Of a stretch of 64,000 bases of DNA, positions 1 to 13,492 are shown piece by piece. Source of the DNA: Octopus vulgaris (Eukaryota). How positions within the stretch are numbered: the stretch's first letter is position 1; each line of letters begins with the position of its first letter. The translations under genes were made by a program, and so were the position numbers. The notes below the pieces were generated by a model, which was given only the letters and a program-made list of their open reading frames with translations, had not been told where the DNA came from and did no database searches. The DNA is taken from positions 16,492,001 to 16,556,000 of the forward strand of contig OX597824.1 in the NCBI GenBank assembly GCA_951406725.2, in the 5' to 3' direction.

Positions 1-535
<535 letters not shown>

Positions 536-984
536 TATATCAGTGGTGTCTATAATTGTTGTTCACAACGTGTGCAAGACCCAAAGTGTTTGTAATGGCG
601 TTTATCGTTTTGTGCAGATAATCGTGTCTCTAGTTTGGACTATTTGTCATGTTCATAAGCGGTTTATTTGCGTGTGATTGCATATATGTTAGCAAGATTC
701 TTTTTGCGCTTCCGGTCCCTCTGTTATGTAGCGTTTCTTTTTGTATTATATATTTATTCAGGTTAAAGTTACAGTATTTTGATTTTCTTCGCTATGTTGT
801 CGGTTTTGGTGTTTGTTTGTCGTGTATGGTGGGTGCCGTATGTTGTTTGTCGTTCAGTACTGTGATTTGTGTGTGTGTGTGGGTATGTGTGTGTGCGTGT
901 GTGGTTTTATATATTTTCGTATGTGTGTGTGTGTTGTAGATTAAATTGTAGAAAAACAACGACACAAACAATAACAAACATATG

Positions 985-985
<1 letters not shown>

Positions 986-1077
<92 letters not shown>

Positions 1078-1240
1078 AAGAAGAAGAAGAAGAAGAAGAA
1101 GAAGAAGAAGAAGAAGAAGAAGAAGAAGAAGAAGCAGCAGCAGCAGAAGAAGAAGAAGAAGAAGAAGAAGAAGAAGAAGAAGAAGAAGAAGAAGAAGAAG
1201 AAGAACAAAAACAACAACAACAACAAGAAGAACAAGAAGT
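986..1240. repeat. (AAT)n-(AAG)n-(AAC)n compound microsatellite
   Basis: Directly visible. Confidence 0.97.
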
Positions 1241-1413
1241 AGAAGAAGGAGGATGAGGAGGGGGAAGGAAACGAGTTTAGATTAGTGTTGAATACGGAAC
1301 GATAGGTTTCGTGACAACTTGAACAAATCAAGAATACAGAATTTGAGGGGCGAAGATAGCAGTAAATGTATAAAGTACATGAAAAAGGAAGAAAAAGGGA
1401 TGTAACTAAGTAA

Positions 1414-1745
1414 CACACATACACACACACACACACACATAATATATATATGTATGTCTGTATCTATGTCTGTATGTATGTATGCATGCACGTATGTATT
1501 TATGTATGTATGTATGTATGTATGTATGTATGTATGTATGTATGTATGTATGTATGAACGTATGTACGAATGAATGTATGTGTATGCATGTAGATATGCT
1601 TATACGCATACATATGTATATGTATGTATGTAGGTATATATATGTATATATATATGTATATATATATATGTATATATATATATGCATGTGTTTGTATGTG
1701 TATGTATGTGTGTACACATGTGTATATGTGTATGTATATATATAC

Positions 1746-1779
<34 letters not shown>

Positions 1780-1896
1780 AGATACACATATAGATGTATA
1801 CATATATCTACATATATATTTCAGTGTATGTATGTGCCTCTGTGTGTTAAATGTATACACGCATGCACGCACGCACACACCTACACGCGTACACAC

Positions 1897-1951
<55 letters not shown>

Positions 1952-1960
1952 TACATATAC
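1414..1960. repeat. (ATGT)n/(AT)n/(AC)n compound microsatellite
   Basis: Directly visible. Confidence 0.95.
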
Positions 1961-2328
1961 GTTTAGAACACAAGTACAAACAAATCAGAGAACCATGGCG
2001 AGTAAATGCATTCTGTGAGCGAAGAAGCAAAATGGCTGTTGATAGCTAAAGTGTGGCGCAATCAATAACACTAAACGCATAAACCTCGTGAAGAGCGATG
2101 TTGCACGCCACTTGGGTAAGACAAGGTACGATTTAGTGTCGCCGATAACACGCTAGTCAGTAATCCGTGTGGAATCACCAACAGATGATGCGGATTAAAG
2201 GTGAATGGCGTTAGCGGCGGTGGCGGTGGCAGTGGCGGGAGTGGCGGGGAAGGAACGGCCTGGAGTGTAGTTGGGTATATTATAATTACATCTTGTACAT
2301 TCGGAGAAAGAAAGTGAGATAGATTAGA

Positions 2329-2330
2329 AT

Positions 2331-2414
<84 letters not shown>
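2329..2414. repeat. (GATA)n microsatellite
   Basis: Directly visible. Confidence 0.97.
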
Positions 2415-2415
<1 letters not shown>

Positions 2416-2984
2416 GTTTCTTTATTGGCCACACAGGGCTGTACACAGATGGGACAAGTTACAAGGTAGAGCTTTTCTTTTGGGGGATGAAAAAAACAAA
2501 AAACAAAAGAAAAAAAAGGGGTGGCGTAGGTTTTCGATCAAGAGGGATCGTAAAAGGGAAGAAAAGAACAAAAATAAATAAATAAATAAATTAAAAAAAT
2601 AATAATAATAAAAATAAAAAGAATAAAAGGAAAAAAAAGATAGATAGATAGATAGATAGATAGACTGACAGCTAGATGAATGGATGGATGGAGAGCAAAA
2701 GAGAGAGAGAAAACGAGAGAGCGCGCGAGAGAGTGAGAGAGAGACAGGAGATAGGTAGATTGTTAGATTGATAAATTGATAGACAGACATACAGATAGAA
2801 AGAAAGAGAGATAGAGAGAGAGAGAGACAATCAGATAGATGGATAGAAAGATAGATAGAGAGTTAGAGAGACACCATATATGTAGGCATGTATGTATATA
2901 TGTATATATATACACATATACATACCTCCTTCTCATTTTTCTCTAGTATTCTGTAAAGAATCATGAGCAATAGGCTCAGGTACG

Positions 2985-3660
2985 GCTTTGCAGCTACGTA
3001 GTGTCCGGTTCAATCCCACTCTACAGCACCCAAGACAAAAGTTTCCTACTATAGCGCCGGCGGTGACCAATGTCTCGTGTGTGAATTTGGTAGACGGAAA
3101 CAATGTGTGAGTTTGTGTGTGTATGCGTGTGTGAGTGTGTGTGTATGTGCGTGTGTTTGTGTATGCGTATGTGAGTGAGTGCGTGTATGTATGTGTGTGT
3201 ATATAAATGTGTGTTTTTTGTATGCGTGTGTGAGTGAGTGTATGTGTGTATATGTGTGTGTTGGTGTGTGTTTGTGCATGCGTGTGTGAGTGAATATATG
3301 TGTGCTTGCGTGTGTGTATGTGTGCGTGCGTGTGTGAGTGTATGTGTATGTGTCTGTGTATGCGCGTGTAAGTGAGTGTGTGTATATACGTGCGTGTATA
3401 TGTGTGTGTGTTTGTGTATGCATGTGTGAGTGTGTGTATGTATCTGTGTATGTATGTATGTATGTGTGTGTGTGTGTGTGTGTTATTCCCACCACAGCCA
3501 GACAACCGGTTTTGATTTGTTAGCGTTCTCGTAGCTTAGCGTTTCGATATAAGGAACCGATAAATTAAGTACCAGACTTTAAAAATAAGTCTTGGTAAGT
3601 CAGCCCTTCAAACCAGTGCCCAAACATAACCACATTACAATGACTAAAACAAAGAAAAGA
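2985..3660 (+). mobile_element. Degenerate tRNA-derived SINE family A copy with expanded internal (TG)n
   Basis: Aligns by eye to 57429-57887 (ggttcaatcccact, tttggtagacggaaac, aagtacc, aatgactaaaacaa). Confidence 0.75.
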
Positions 3661-3931
3661 CGATAGATATACGTCCGAGCTTGTGGTGAAGAAAATAGAA
3701 GACATATTGTCTCCGCCTTGTGCACTAAATTTATGCAATGTCTTATTTCCTGAAAGACGATAACGCGTAATTTAAGGGAGATTTTACTGCTGTTTCTAGC
3801 AAATTGAACGATGCGTAGTTCCTCCCTTGTTATCACGTGATTCGGGTGTCTGTTTGCGTTGTTTGATAGTTTAATAACTTATCGGACGAGAAGTGACGAC
3901 GAAGCGATGTTAAGTTGTTATTAACACCACA

Positions 3932-4250
3932 GTAAAATGATACTATGAGAAAGTAACAGAAGACTTAGGGATTAAGCAGACAATGTAAATAGCAGGGGTC
4001 TGTCTCAGGGGCTTTGGTAAACATTTGCATATATACGCGGATTCTGTTCATAGATCTGTGTACGCATATCTTAATCTTTCTGAGAATTTGAAGAATTATA
4101 AAACTATCAGCCATTTTGACCGATTTAAAAATCTGTTTGTTTCAGTGATATTTAAGTAAAAATGTGATTACTTCTTCATTGACTATTTCTGTTCTAGATT
4201 TTCTTGTGTTTATCTCACAAACTCCATCCCACAGCCCAGTTTTCAGCCTG
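3932..4250 (+). repeat. ~300-bp block A, duplicated at 6234-6550
   Basis: gtaaaatgatactatgagaaagtaacagaagac...tttatctcaca near-identical in both places. Confidence 0.95.
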
Positions 4251-4556
4251 TATCCAACAACACCCGTGGACATGTTTACAAAGTCAGAAAACCGCACAGC
4301 TCCCATGACTTTCGGAAACATTTTTTCATGCTAAGAGTTGCTGAAGCATGGAACAAATTGCTTCCTGAGATTCGCCAACACTACACCTGATTTTCTCCCC
4401 TCCATACACACACAAGCATGTATCTGACTCATACACTGTTCACTTCCTAGACATTTGTACATTACTGCATATGCTATATACGCACTTTTTGACAAGTTGT
4501 GGTGCACCTGAGCACTGTATACAATAATTCCATTATTATTATTATTATTATTATTA
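4250..4556 (+). mobile_element. 3' end of CR1/L2-type LINE with (ATT)n tail
   Basis: RKHFF...LRVAEAWNKL-like terminal motif (FxxRVxxxWNxL) followed by a 3' UTR and attattatt tail. Confidence 0.75.
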
Positions 4557-5000
4557 ACGCTTATAGTAGAAGTTGCTCCAATTGTAACCAACCTTGCTTT
4601 TCTGCAGACATGGTGTATTTAAAGCTACACGTGTTCTCCTTTTGCATTTGAAGAAATTATTTTGTAATTTGACGAAGAATTTGCTAATATTTCTAGTAGG
4701 TTAGTAACTACGAACTGGAAAATCTCCAGTGCCGGATGAAATGTCAGGGGAGCATTCATTCTGGCTTTCTGTGTCTGAGTTCAAATCATGCTGAGATCAG
4801 TTTTGTCTCCTATCATTTTGGGGTCAATAAATAAAGTAGCAGGTAAAGCATTGAGTTCGACTCTCCTCCACTTTTTTTTTTCTATTTTGGCGGGTATGAA
4901 TTCCGATGCTCTAACAACTGAATATTCATCGTCGATAACGACGTAGAATCTTGCACAGCATTCTGTATTTGGGGTTTGGTTATGTGTATTTCCATGTTTC

Positions 5001-5043
<43 letters not shown>

Positions 5044-5051
5044 CAAGAAGT

Positions 5052-5250
5052 ATGGCAGCAACCTGGCGAAATGCTCAGCTGTATTTCATCTGCCGCTGCC
5101 TTCTGAGTTCAAATTTCGCCGAGGTCAACACTGCCTTTTATCATTTCACAGTCGATTAAATAAGTACCAATCACGTACTAGTGTCGATGTAATCGACTTA
5201 ATCCCTTCCCCCGAATTTGAAGTCTTGTGCTTCCAGTAGAAAGAATTATT
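5052..5250 (+). mobile_element. SINE family B (Meta-domain-like) degenerate monomer
   Basis: ttctgagttcaaatttcgccgaggtc...gtcgattaaataagtacca matches family B. Confidence 0.8.
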
Positions 5251-5429
5251 ATTCCAAGACATCTCTTGATGTAATTTCTTTTTTCTGGTTTTAGCCAATA
5301 CATTGCGGTTCTTATTATTCCTGGAGTTATATCTTTCGATAATTACTCCATTTCTTCTTTTTTACTTAGCGGATCACCCGTTCTTCGAGAGGAAATTATG
5401 TGACCTGTTTCACACAGAAAGAATGCTGT

Positions 5430-7050
5430 TTCCGTAGTGCTTTTTGCAGAAAACTCTGGATCTGAGGTTCGAATTATTTTCCCCGGCCCGGATGTTAGAT
5501 TAGCGACTGTGGACTTGAAGAGCAGCGTAGGCGATACCTACATAAACAGGTGGTCATATATGCCCCTACGGGGGAAAAGGAACTTGACTTCTTCAGTTAA
5601 CAAGAACCATTCTGAAGGAAGTCCAACGCTGTAATATCAGTGGAAGGTAGGAATGTCATTGAGAAACATATTGTGGTTTTGTGTATATATCTGATAGCAG
5701 AGAAGGGTGTAAAAGTGTCTCAAACTTGTTCATACAGTTCCAGTTGTCTGCACAGTTACTGAGTGGATGTCACTGATGTATGGATGTTGACCGTGAACAA
5801 TCCGTACAAAGTCAATCGCAACGGATCGAAATAGGAAATTTGTTTGGCGACAACAAACAATAGTGTAACAATATCACCTCTTAGATATGGACACTGCCTA
5901 AACGGAGAAATCAGCCGTGCAGGTGTTCGGCCATTGCTCCCATTTATATTACACCATTCACACACCTCCTATGAAGGGGATTTCTGAAGAGAGCTATTTT
6001 ACAGAAGGATCGACAAGAAGGCGATCACAGACAGCATCGCAACTGCCATTTTAGCGGTATTTCTGGCACCCTTTCGGTGGATGCATGCCTCACCGCTGTT
6101 CGGAAAGTATCGATAGACCACGCTTTAATGGTGATTTTCGATGGCAGAGACAGAAAATGGGAACAAAGTCTAAATTACGAGTCTTAATTACTTAAATCTA
6201 GAATGAACTCTACATACGGAGGCAGATATGCGCGTAAAATGATACTATGAGAAAGTAACAGAAGACTTAGGGATTAAGAAGACAATGTAAATAGCAGGGG
6301 TCTGTCTCAGGAGCTTTGGTAAATATTTGCATATATACGCGGATTCTGTTCATAGATCTGTGTACGCATATCTTAATCTTTCTGAGAATTTGAAGAATTA
6401 TAAAACTATCAGCCATTTTGACCGATTTGAAAAGTTGCTTGTTTCAGTGATATTTAAGTAAAAATGTGATTACTTCTTCATTGACTATTTCTGTTCTAGA
6501 TTTTCTTGTTGTTTATCTCACAGAATCCCTTCCACAGCACAGGTGTTCAGCCATTGCTCCCACTTATACTACACCATTCACACACCTCCGGTGAAGGGGA
6601 TTTCTGAAGAGAGCTATTTAACAGAAGGATCGACAAGAAAGCGACCACAGACAGCATCACAACTGCCATTTTAGCGGCATTTCTGACACCCCTCGGTGGA
6701 TGCATGCCTCACCGCTGTTTGGAAAGGATCGATAGACCACGCTTTAGTGGTGATTTCTGATGGCAGAGACGGAAAATGGGAACAAGGTCTAAATTACGAG
6801 GTTTAATTACTTAAATCTAGAATGAATTCTATATACAGAGGCAGTTACGTGCGCTTTCCTAGCAGCCCATTGATGAAATATTTGTCGGCGACGGTAGACT
6901 GGAGATGGTGTGCTGTAGTAACTACATCGACGACTTACGGTGGCTCTCGGTGGAGAAGTTGGGAACTCGTTGCAAACAAATGATAAAAGCAGTTGAGTTA
7001 CTGACGCTGGGGAGTTGTACGAGAGGTAAATCGCTGGGTTTAGATGGTAT
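5430..7050 (+). pseudogene. Decayed L1/Tx1-like ORF2 fragments (APE endonuclease to start of RT), internally duplicated
   Basis: VLFAENSGSEVRIIFPGPDVRLATVDL..IYAPT resembles the APE GRxxxLDV/VYAP region; RGKSLGLDG resembles the GKSPGxDG pre-RT motif; many frameshifts. Confidence 0.55.
5920..6853 (+). repeat. ~315-bp block B twice (5920-6233, 6540-6853), separated by a copy of block A
   Basis: caggtgttcggccattgctccc...ggcagatatgcgcg vs caggtgttcagccattgctccc...ggcagttacgtgcgc. Confidence 0.95.
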
Positions 7051-7162
7051 GCGATTTACCCCAAATGTAATATGTCAAGGGCGACATGAACGATTGCTCA
7101 CGATCAGCTCCGACTACAAACATTCCAAAACATTTTTGGTGATTGATGTTGAAAAATTGTTT

Positions 7163-7393
7163 GGCACGATATCCAAGAATTCCTTTCAACACACGGCTAT
7201 GATGCTCCCCCACTACTTCTGCTTGTGATCAGAAATGCACATATTGTCCGCCACTAAGGGACATGCTCAACTGGTTATGGTCAAACAAGTGACAAGCAAA
7301 TCTGTGGTATTGAGCAGAATATTTGCTGCAGCCCATATTTTACACCAAGACAAAACAATGTACATGATAACACTTCCAATCAGTTAAGATTCT
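7163..7393. mobile_element. Fragment of element E, opposite orientation to the 22424 and 30280 copies
   Basis: Reverse complement matches ~22445-22665 (aatattctgctcaataccacagatttgcttgtc). Confidence 0.85.
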
Positions 7394-7652
7394 AAGCGAC
7401 AATCAGATGGGCTACGCACCCGTTGTATATCTTTCGAGATTTTAAATAATGTCTTAAATTACTGTGTATTTTTATATAACGATCTGTATTCTTTGTTTAA
7501 TTATATAATTGTTAATAATATTCCTTGTTTAATTTATATCATATCTTTACCATGTCCAATTATTCATTTTAAAATATCCGCAGTCTCGTATTTATATATT
7601 TCTCCTCTATATCATCCTTGTTGAATCGTTTATACGCCTTCAGAAGTGTGTA

Positions 7653-7702
<50 letters not shown>

Positions 7703-7974
7703 GGGAGAGAGAGAGCGAGAGAGTACGTTTTGTGTGTGCGCGCGCTTGTTTCGTGTCCAGACACTGAAACAATACCAGAATTGTGCGTCTATTCAACGTT
7801 TATACACATTATCTTCATGGTCTGTGAATGATCGATGAAAAGCGATCGATTAGCAAAGGAGGTAATGTCAGCTAGAATGAATTGCAGCAATAATTCCGGG
7901 TGCCTACTATGTGATTTCAAATCACACCGTAGTTAGCTTTTAAGTGTTAATAAATCAAATATGTCTTATGCTAT

Positions 7975-8790
7975 TGTAGGGTTTGATTCATGACAGACGA
8001 ACTGTAGACAGGAACTTCGCTGCCAGCGATAAGGCGGCGGGCGAAATGCGTAGCCGTATTTCGTCTGCCGTTACGTTCTGAGTTCAAATCCCGCTGAGGT
8101 CGACTTTGCCTTTCATCCTTTCGGGGTCGATAAATTAAGTACCAGTTACGCACTGGGGTCGATGTAACCGACTTAATCCGTTTGTCTGTCCTTGTTTGTC
8201 CCCTCTGTGTTTAGCCCCTTGTGGGTAGTAAAGAAATAGGTATTTCGACTGCCGTTACGTTGTGAGTTCAAATTTCGCCGAGGTCGACTTTGCCTTTCAT
8301 CCTTTCGGGGTCGATAAATTAAGTACCAGTTACGCACTGGGGTTAGATGTAATCGACTTAATCCGTTTGTCTGTCCTCTGTGTTTAGCCCCTTGTGGGTA
8401 GTAAAGAAATAGCTATTTCGACTGCCGTTGCGTTGTGAGTTCAAATTCCGCCGAGGTCGACTTTGCCTTTCATCCTTTCGGGGTCGATAAATTAAGTACC
8501 AGTTACGCACTGGGGTCGATGTAATCGACTTAATCCGTTTGTCTGTCCTTGTTTGTCTGTCCTCTGTGTTTAGCCCCTTGTGGGTAGTAAAGAAATAGGA
8601 ACTTCGCTGCCGGTTCGCTAGGAAGTTGGCCAGCAGCAGCGAAAGAGACTTCTGGTGGAAGGAGAAGAACAAAAGGACGTCAGCAGTGAGTGTTAAACGA
8701 ATCTGAATGAACGAAACAGAAATAACTGACGACTTAAGCCCTGATGAACGTAAAGTAATAAACCTTTAAATGCATTCTCGTCTCCACTAG
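7975..8790 (+). mobile_element. Possible solo LTR interrupted by the SINE trimer
   Basis: Begins TGTAGGG, has AATAAA near the end, ends CTCCACTA (expected CTACA); about 230 bp after removing the insertion. Confidence 0.3.
8031..8599 (+). mobile_element. SINE family B tandem trimer with 15-bp TSD
   Basis: Three ~175-185-bp units; aggaacttcgctgcc at 8010-8024 and 8597-8611. Confidence 0.92.
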
Positions 8791-9205
8791 TTTACTCTTT
8801 ACTCTTTTACTTGTTTCACTCATTTGACTGCGGCCATGCTGGAGCACCACCTTTAGTCGAGCAAATTGACCCCAGGACTTATTCTTTTGTAAGCCCAGTA
8901 CTTATTCTATCGGTCTCTTTTGCCGAACTGCTAAGTAATGGGGACATAAACACACCAGCATCGGCTGTCAAGAAATGCTAGGGGGACAAGCACACACACA
9001 CAAACACACACACGCATACATATATATATATATATACATATATACGACGGGCTTCTTTCAGTTTCCGTCTACCAAATCCACTCACAAGGCTTTGGTCGGC
9101 CCGAGGCTATAGCAGAAGACACTTGCCCAAGGTGCCACGCAGTGAGACTGAACCCGGAACCATGTGGTTGGTAGACAAGCTACTTACCACACAGCCACTC
9201 CTGCG
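8791..9205 (-). mobile_element. Full-length SINE family A
   Basis: tRNA-like head (tggctgtgtggt A box, ggttcagtc B-box-like), internal (TA)(TG) tract, gtaaaaga tail. Confidence 0.92.
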
Positions 9206-9518
9206 TATAGTTTAACAAAGCCATTCTCTTCTCGTTTCACTGAGTTTTTTTTTACTGTTTGTTTCTTTCTTTTCTTCTAGATTAATTCGGCTCTGGTCAC
9301 CGCTGTGGAAGGATTGGTTCCGTCAGATCTAAAAAGGTGCCTAAGACACGCCGTATATCATGCCGTTGTCGTCCCTAAGACTTCGTCCAAGAGTTGGGCG
9401 ATCGATGCATGGCATGGCGTATGACATACGTAAACACTTAAGCACGTTTACAACCAAGTGTTCAGTGTTTAAACACATAGCCATCAGCATGACTTTGATC
9501 ACAGTTATACACACTTAA

Positions 9519-9737
9519 CCCTTTGGTGTTCAGATTATTCTATCAAACATAATGCTTATTGATTCACATTGATTTGAATTAATCATGCATTATCTCATAT
9601 CTTCAAGATCTTGATGGCGTAATTACTTAATGTAGAATAACATTGTAGGGTAGGTGTGAGAGCCTGGATCTGGTCAGTTTGAATATAAAACAGATTAAAT
9701 ATTTTGGCCGGATATGGCAGGTTTAAATACTAAAGGG
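9519..9737. mobile_element. piggyBac-like MITE
   Basis: TTAA|CCCTTT...AAAGGG|TTAA termini. Confidence 0.75.
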
Positions 9738-9805
9738 TTAAACAGTACGTTTAGCGTGTATAAGATCATTGTTTAAAAACCAATACATCAGCATGATAAT
9801 GTATG

Positions 9806-10191
9806 GATGGAAGCACTCCGTCGGTTACGACGATGAGGGTTCCGGTTGATCCGAATCAACGGAACAGCCTGCTCGTGAAATTAACGTGTAAGTGGCTGAG
9901 CACTCCACAGACACGTGCACCCTTAACGTAGTTCTCGGGGATATTCAGCGTGACACAGAGAGTGACAAGGCCGGCTCCTTGAAATACAGGTACAACAGAA
10001 ACAGGAAGTAAGAGTGAGAGAAAGTTGTGGTGAAAGAGTACAGCGGGGATCACCACCATCCCCTGCCGGAGCCTCGTGGAGCTTTTAGGTGTTTTCGCTC
10101 AATAAACACTCACAACGCCCGGTCTAGGAATCGAAACCGCGATCCTATGACTGCGAGTCCGCTGCCCTAACCACTGGGCCATTGCGCCTCT
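9806..10191 (-). mobile_element. tRNA-derived SINE family C (Arg-like head, gtcgtaaccgacggagtg tail)
   Basis: Minus strand gaggcgcaatggcccagtggttagggcagcggactcgc...ggtttcgattcc (A and B boxes); homologs at 31860 and 55703. Confidence 0.88.
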
Positions 10192-10248
10192 ACAAAAGTG
10201 TATAGCAGATGGATAAACACCTGAACGTTATACAATATGATCAGTGTG

Positions 10249-10826
10249 TTCCGCCGAGGTCGACTTTGCCTTTCATTCTTTCGGGATCAATAAATTAAGT
10301 ACCAGTTGCGTACTGGGGTCGACCTAATCGACTGGTTACCTCCCCCCCCAAAATTCCGGGCCTTGTGCCTAAAGTAGAAAAGAATATTATTCTTAATTTT
10401 CTTAAGGCGTCGAGTTGGCAAGATTGTTAGCACACCGTGCTAAGTGCTTAGCGATATTTCATCTGTCTTTACGTTCTGGGTTCAAATTCCGCCGAGGTTG
10501 ACTTTGCCTTTCATATACAAGAGTACTAGTTGCGTACTGGGGTCGACCTAATCGACTGGTTACCTCCCCCCAAAATTCCGGGCCTTGTGCCTAGAGTAGA
10601 AAAGAATATTATTCATAATTTTCTTAAGGCGTCGAGTTGGCAAGATTGTTAGCACACCGTGCTAAGTGCTTAGCGATATTTCATCTGTCTTTACGTTCTG
10701 GGTTCAAATTCCGCCGAGGTTGACTTTGCTTTTCATATACAAGAGTACCAGTTGCGTACTGGGGTCGACCTAATCGACTGGCCTGTTCCCCAAAATTTCG
10801 GGCCTTGTGCCTAGATTAGAAAAGAA
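10249..10826 (+). mobile_element. SINE family B variant, ~2.6 tandem copies, period ~222 bp
   Basis: cttaaggcgtcgagttggc at 10401 and 10623. Confidence 0.88.
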
Positions 10827-11019
10827 TGTTTGTAAGCTTAGTGTGTGTACACCTAAACAGTATCACAAAAAGACGACAATGCGTAAGTGTAAAGGTATGT
10901 AGACAGGCACATATATACACATATGTACACATTCTTACATGCACACACACATACAGATATACACACACACTCACACACACATACACACACACACACTCTC
11001 ACACACATACACACACACA

Positions 11020-11074
<55 letters not shown>

Positions 11075-11236
11075 CTACAACTATAGTCCTATATCCGTAC
11101 ACATTCAGTCTCATGCGTATACGTATGCGAATTAGAAAGACAATATATAAAACACTAAAAGGATTGTTCACTGCAACAACAGCATCAGTAACAACAACAA
11201 CAAGATCAGCAGGAATAGCAAAGACATAGGAGAGGA

Positions 11237-11648
11237 ATGATGATGGTGGTGGTGATGATGATGATGATGATGATGACGATGATGATGACGACGACGATGA
11301 CGATGATGATGATGACGATGACGCTGACAATGATGATGACGATGATGATGATGATGATGATGATGGTGATGACGATGATGATTATGACGATGGCAATGGT
11401 GATGATGATGGTTATTATGATAGAGTATCATGATGATGATGATGATGACGATGATGATGATGATGATGATGATGACGATGGCGATGATGATGGTGATGGT
11501 GATGCTGATGGTTATTATGGTAGAGTATCATGATGACGATGATGATGATGACGATGATGAGGAGAATAACGATGATGATGATGAGGAGGAGGAGGAGGAA
11601 AATCATCATCGTCATCATCAACATCGTCATCATCATCATCATCATCAT
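11237..11648. repeat. Imperfect (GAT)n/(CAT)n
   Basis: Directly visible. Confidence 0.95.
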
Positions 11649-12113
11649 AATGTCGGTGGTGTCGAAGGTGCTGACGCTTAAGCCTTATCGCTGACTGTGG
11701 TGGTAGCGGTAGTATATTACTGGCAGTGGTTGTGGTGGTGGTGCTGGTGGTGGCGTTTATAGTGGTTGTGGTGGTTTTGGTGATGGTAACGGTTAGGTGC
11801 CGCTGGTGCCATTGGTGGCGGCGGCGGCGTCACAGTCAATAGCTAAAAACACTAAATACGTTACCATAGGATTTGATTATTTCTTCACAAATCTTCTTCT
11901 TCTTCCTTCCAATTACATCTCCTCACAACATATTGCTCTGAAACGACTCAGCATCTTTTACTTGTTTTACATCTTTTTGCGCAAAATATATATTTTTTTC
12001 TTTCTTTCTCTGTTTGATAATCGTGTTGTTGTTGTTCTTGTTTTATCATCTTCTTTTTTTATTATTATTAATGTGCTTCTGTCATTTTGCTACTCTTGAT
12101 GTTGCTGTTCTTA

Positions 12114-12114
12114 T

Positions 12115-12185
<71 letters not shown>

Positions 12186-12359
12186 TTCTTCACATCGCTT
12201 TACTGCATTTTTTTTTTTATTCTTTGGTCTGTCTGGTATGCTTCACCTTTATTTTCAGATGGTTTTTTTTTTTTGCATTACTTCGCCGTTTCTTTCTTTC
12301 TTTTTATTTTTCTTATTTCCTTTCTTCTTTTTCTTTTCTTCTTTCTTTCTATCTTCTTT

Positions 12360-12392
<33 letters not shown>

Positions 12393-12962
12393 TTCCTTCC
12401 TTCCTTTCTTTCTTTCTTCTTTTTCTTTCTTCTTTTCTTCCTTCTACTTTTTCTTTCTTTCTTTCTTTCTTTCTTTCTCTCTTCTTTTTCTTCTATTTCA
12501 TCTTTTTTCCAAACTTCTTCCTTTTCTTCTTCTTCTTCTTCTTCTTCTTCTTCTTCTTCTTCTTCTTCTTCTTCTTCTTCTTCTTCTTCTTTTTTCTTCT
12601 TCTTCTTCTTCTTCTTCTTCTTCTTTTTCTTCTTCTTCTTCTTCTTCCTTTTCTTCTTCTTCTTTTTCTTCTTCTTCTTATTCTCCTTCTTCTTCTATCT
12701 CTTCTTCTTCTTCTTCTTTTTCTTCCTACGCACCATGATAATGATGATGAGGAGGAGGATGATGCTGATGACGATTGTCACCCTCCTCCTCATCACTTCT
12801 ATCGTTTTCTTCTTTCTTCGTCTCTTCTTCCTCCTCCTCTTCCTTCTCCTATTCTTCCTCTCCTTCCTTCCTTCCTTCCTTCCTCCCCTCCTTCCTTTTC
12901 GTTCTTTCCCTTCTTCTTTCCCCCTCCTCATCCTCATCCTCCTACTCCTCCTCCTCCTACTC
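12114..12962. repeat. (GAT)n followed by a long polypyrimidine (CTT)n/(CTTT)n tract
   Basis: Directly visible. Confidence 0.95.
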
Positions 12963-13454
12963 CTCGGGCGCTATCCAGAATCTTGATCGCTAAAATCATG
13001 GAAGTTGGCAGATTTAATTTTTATTGATTAAGAAACAGTTTCGCTTGATAGTATGCGCCGACCCCGGTCCCGGTCCCGGTCTTCCTCTCCCACCACCACC
13101 ACCCACTCATCCCCACACCAACACACACACCCACACACACACACACACACACATACTGCACTTCTACTCCTCTTCATTAACGGTAAATCTGATTAGAGCG
13201 TTGGTGTTTGACTATTAAACCTAAGTAGTCAGAGCTGGCGTAACCAACTCGAATGCATTGTTACAATGGCGGAAAACAAGACTCCCGACCTTGCTACCGC
13301 TCCACGTAGGCAAACATGGTTTCTGTCATTATCAGAAGAATTAATTCCGAATGACAAAACACAAATGCTAACAAACGCACGCACTTAGACGAAAACGCAT
13401 GCGTACACACGCTCGACCGTGCACGCATCCATAACAGCACAGACGCATGCATGC

Positions 13455-13492
<38 letters not shown>

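Noticed and set aside
8741-8765. CTGATGA as a hammerhead core
   Set aside because: No correctly placed helix II plus GAAA or NUH follows.
10115-10191. tRNA gene (Arg-like)
   Set aside because: A and B boxes continue directly into a SINE body; no complete cloverleaf or poly-T terminator. The same applies to other SINE heads.
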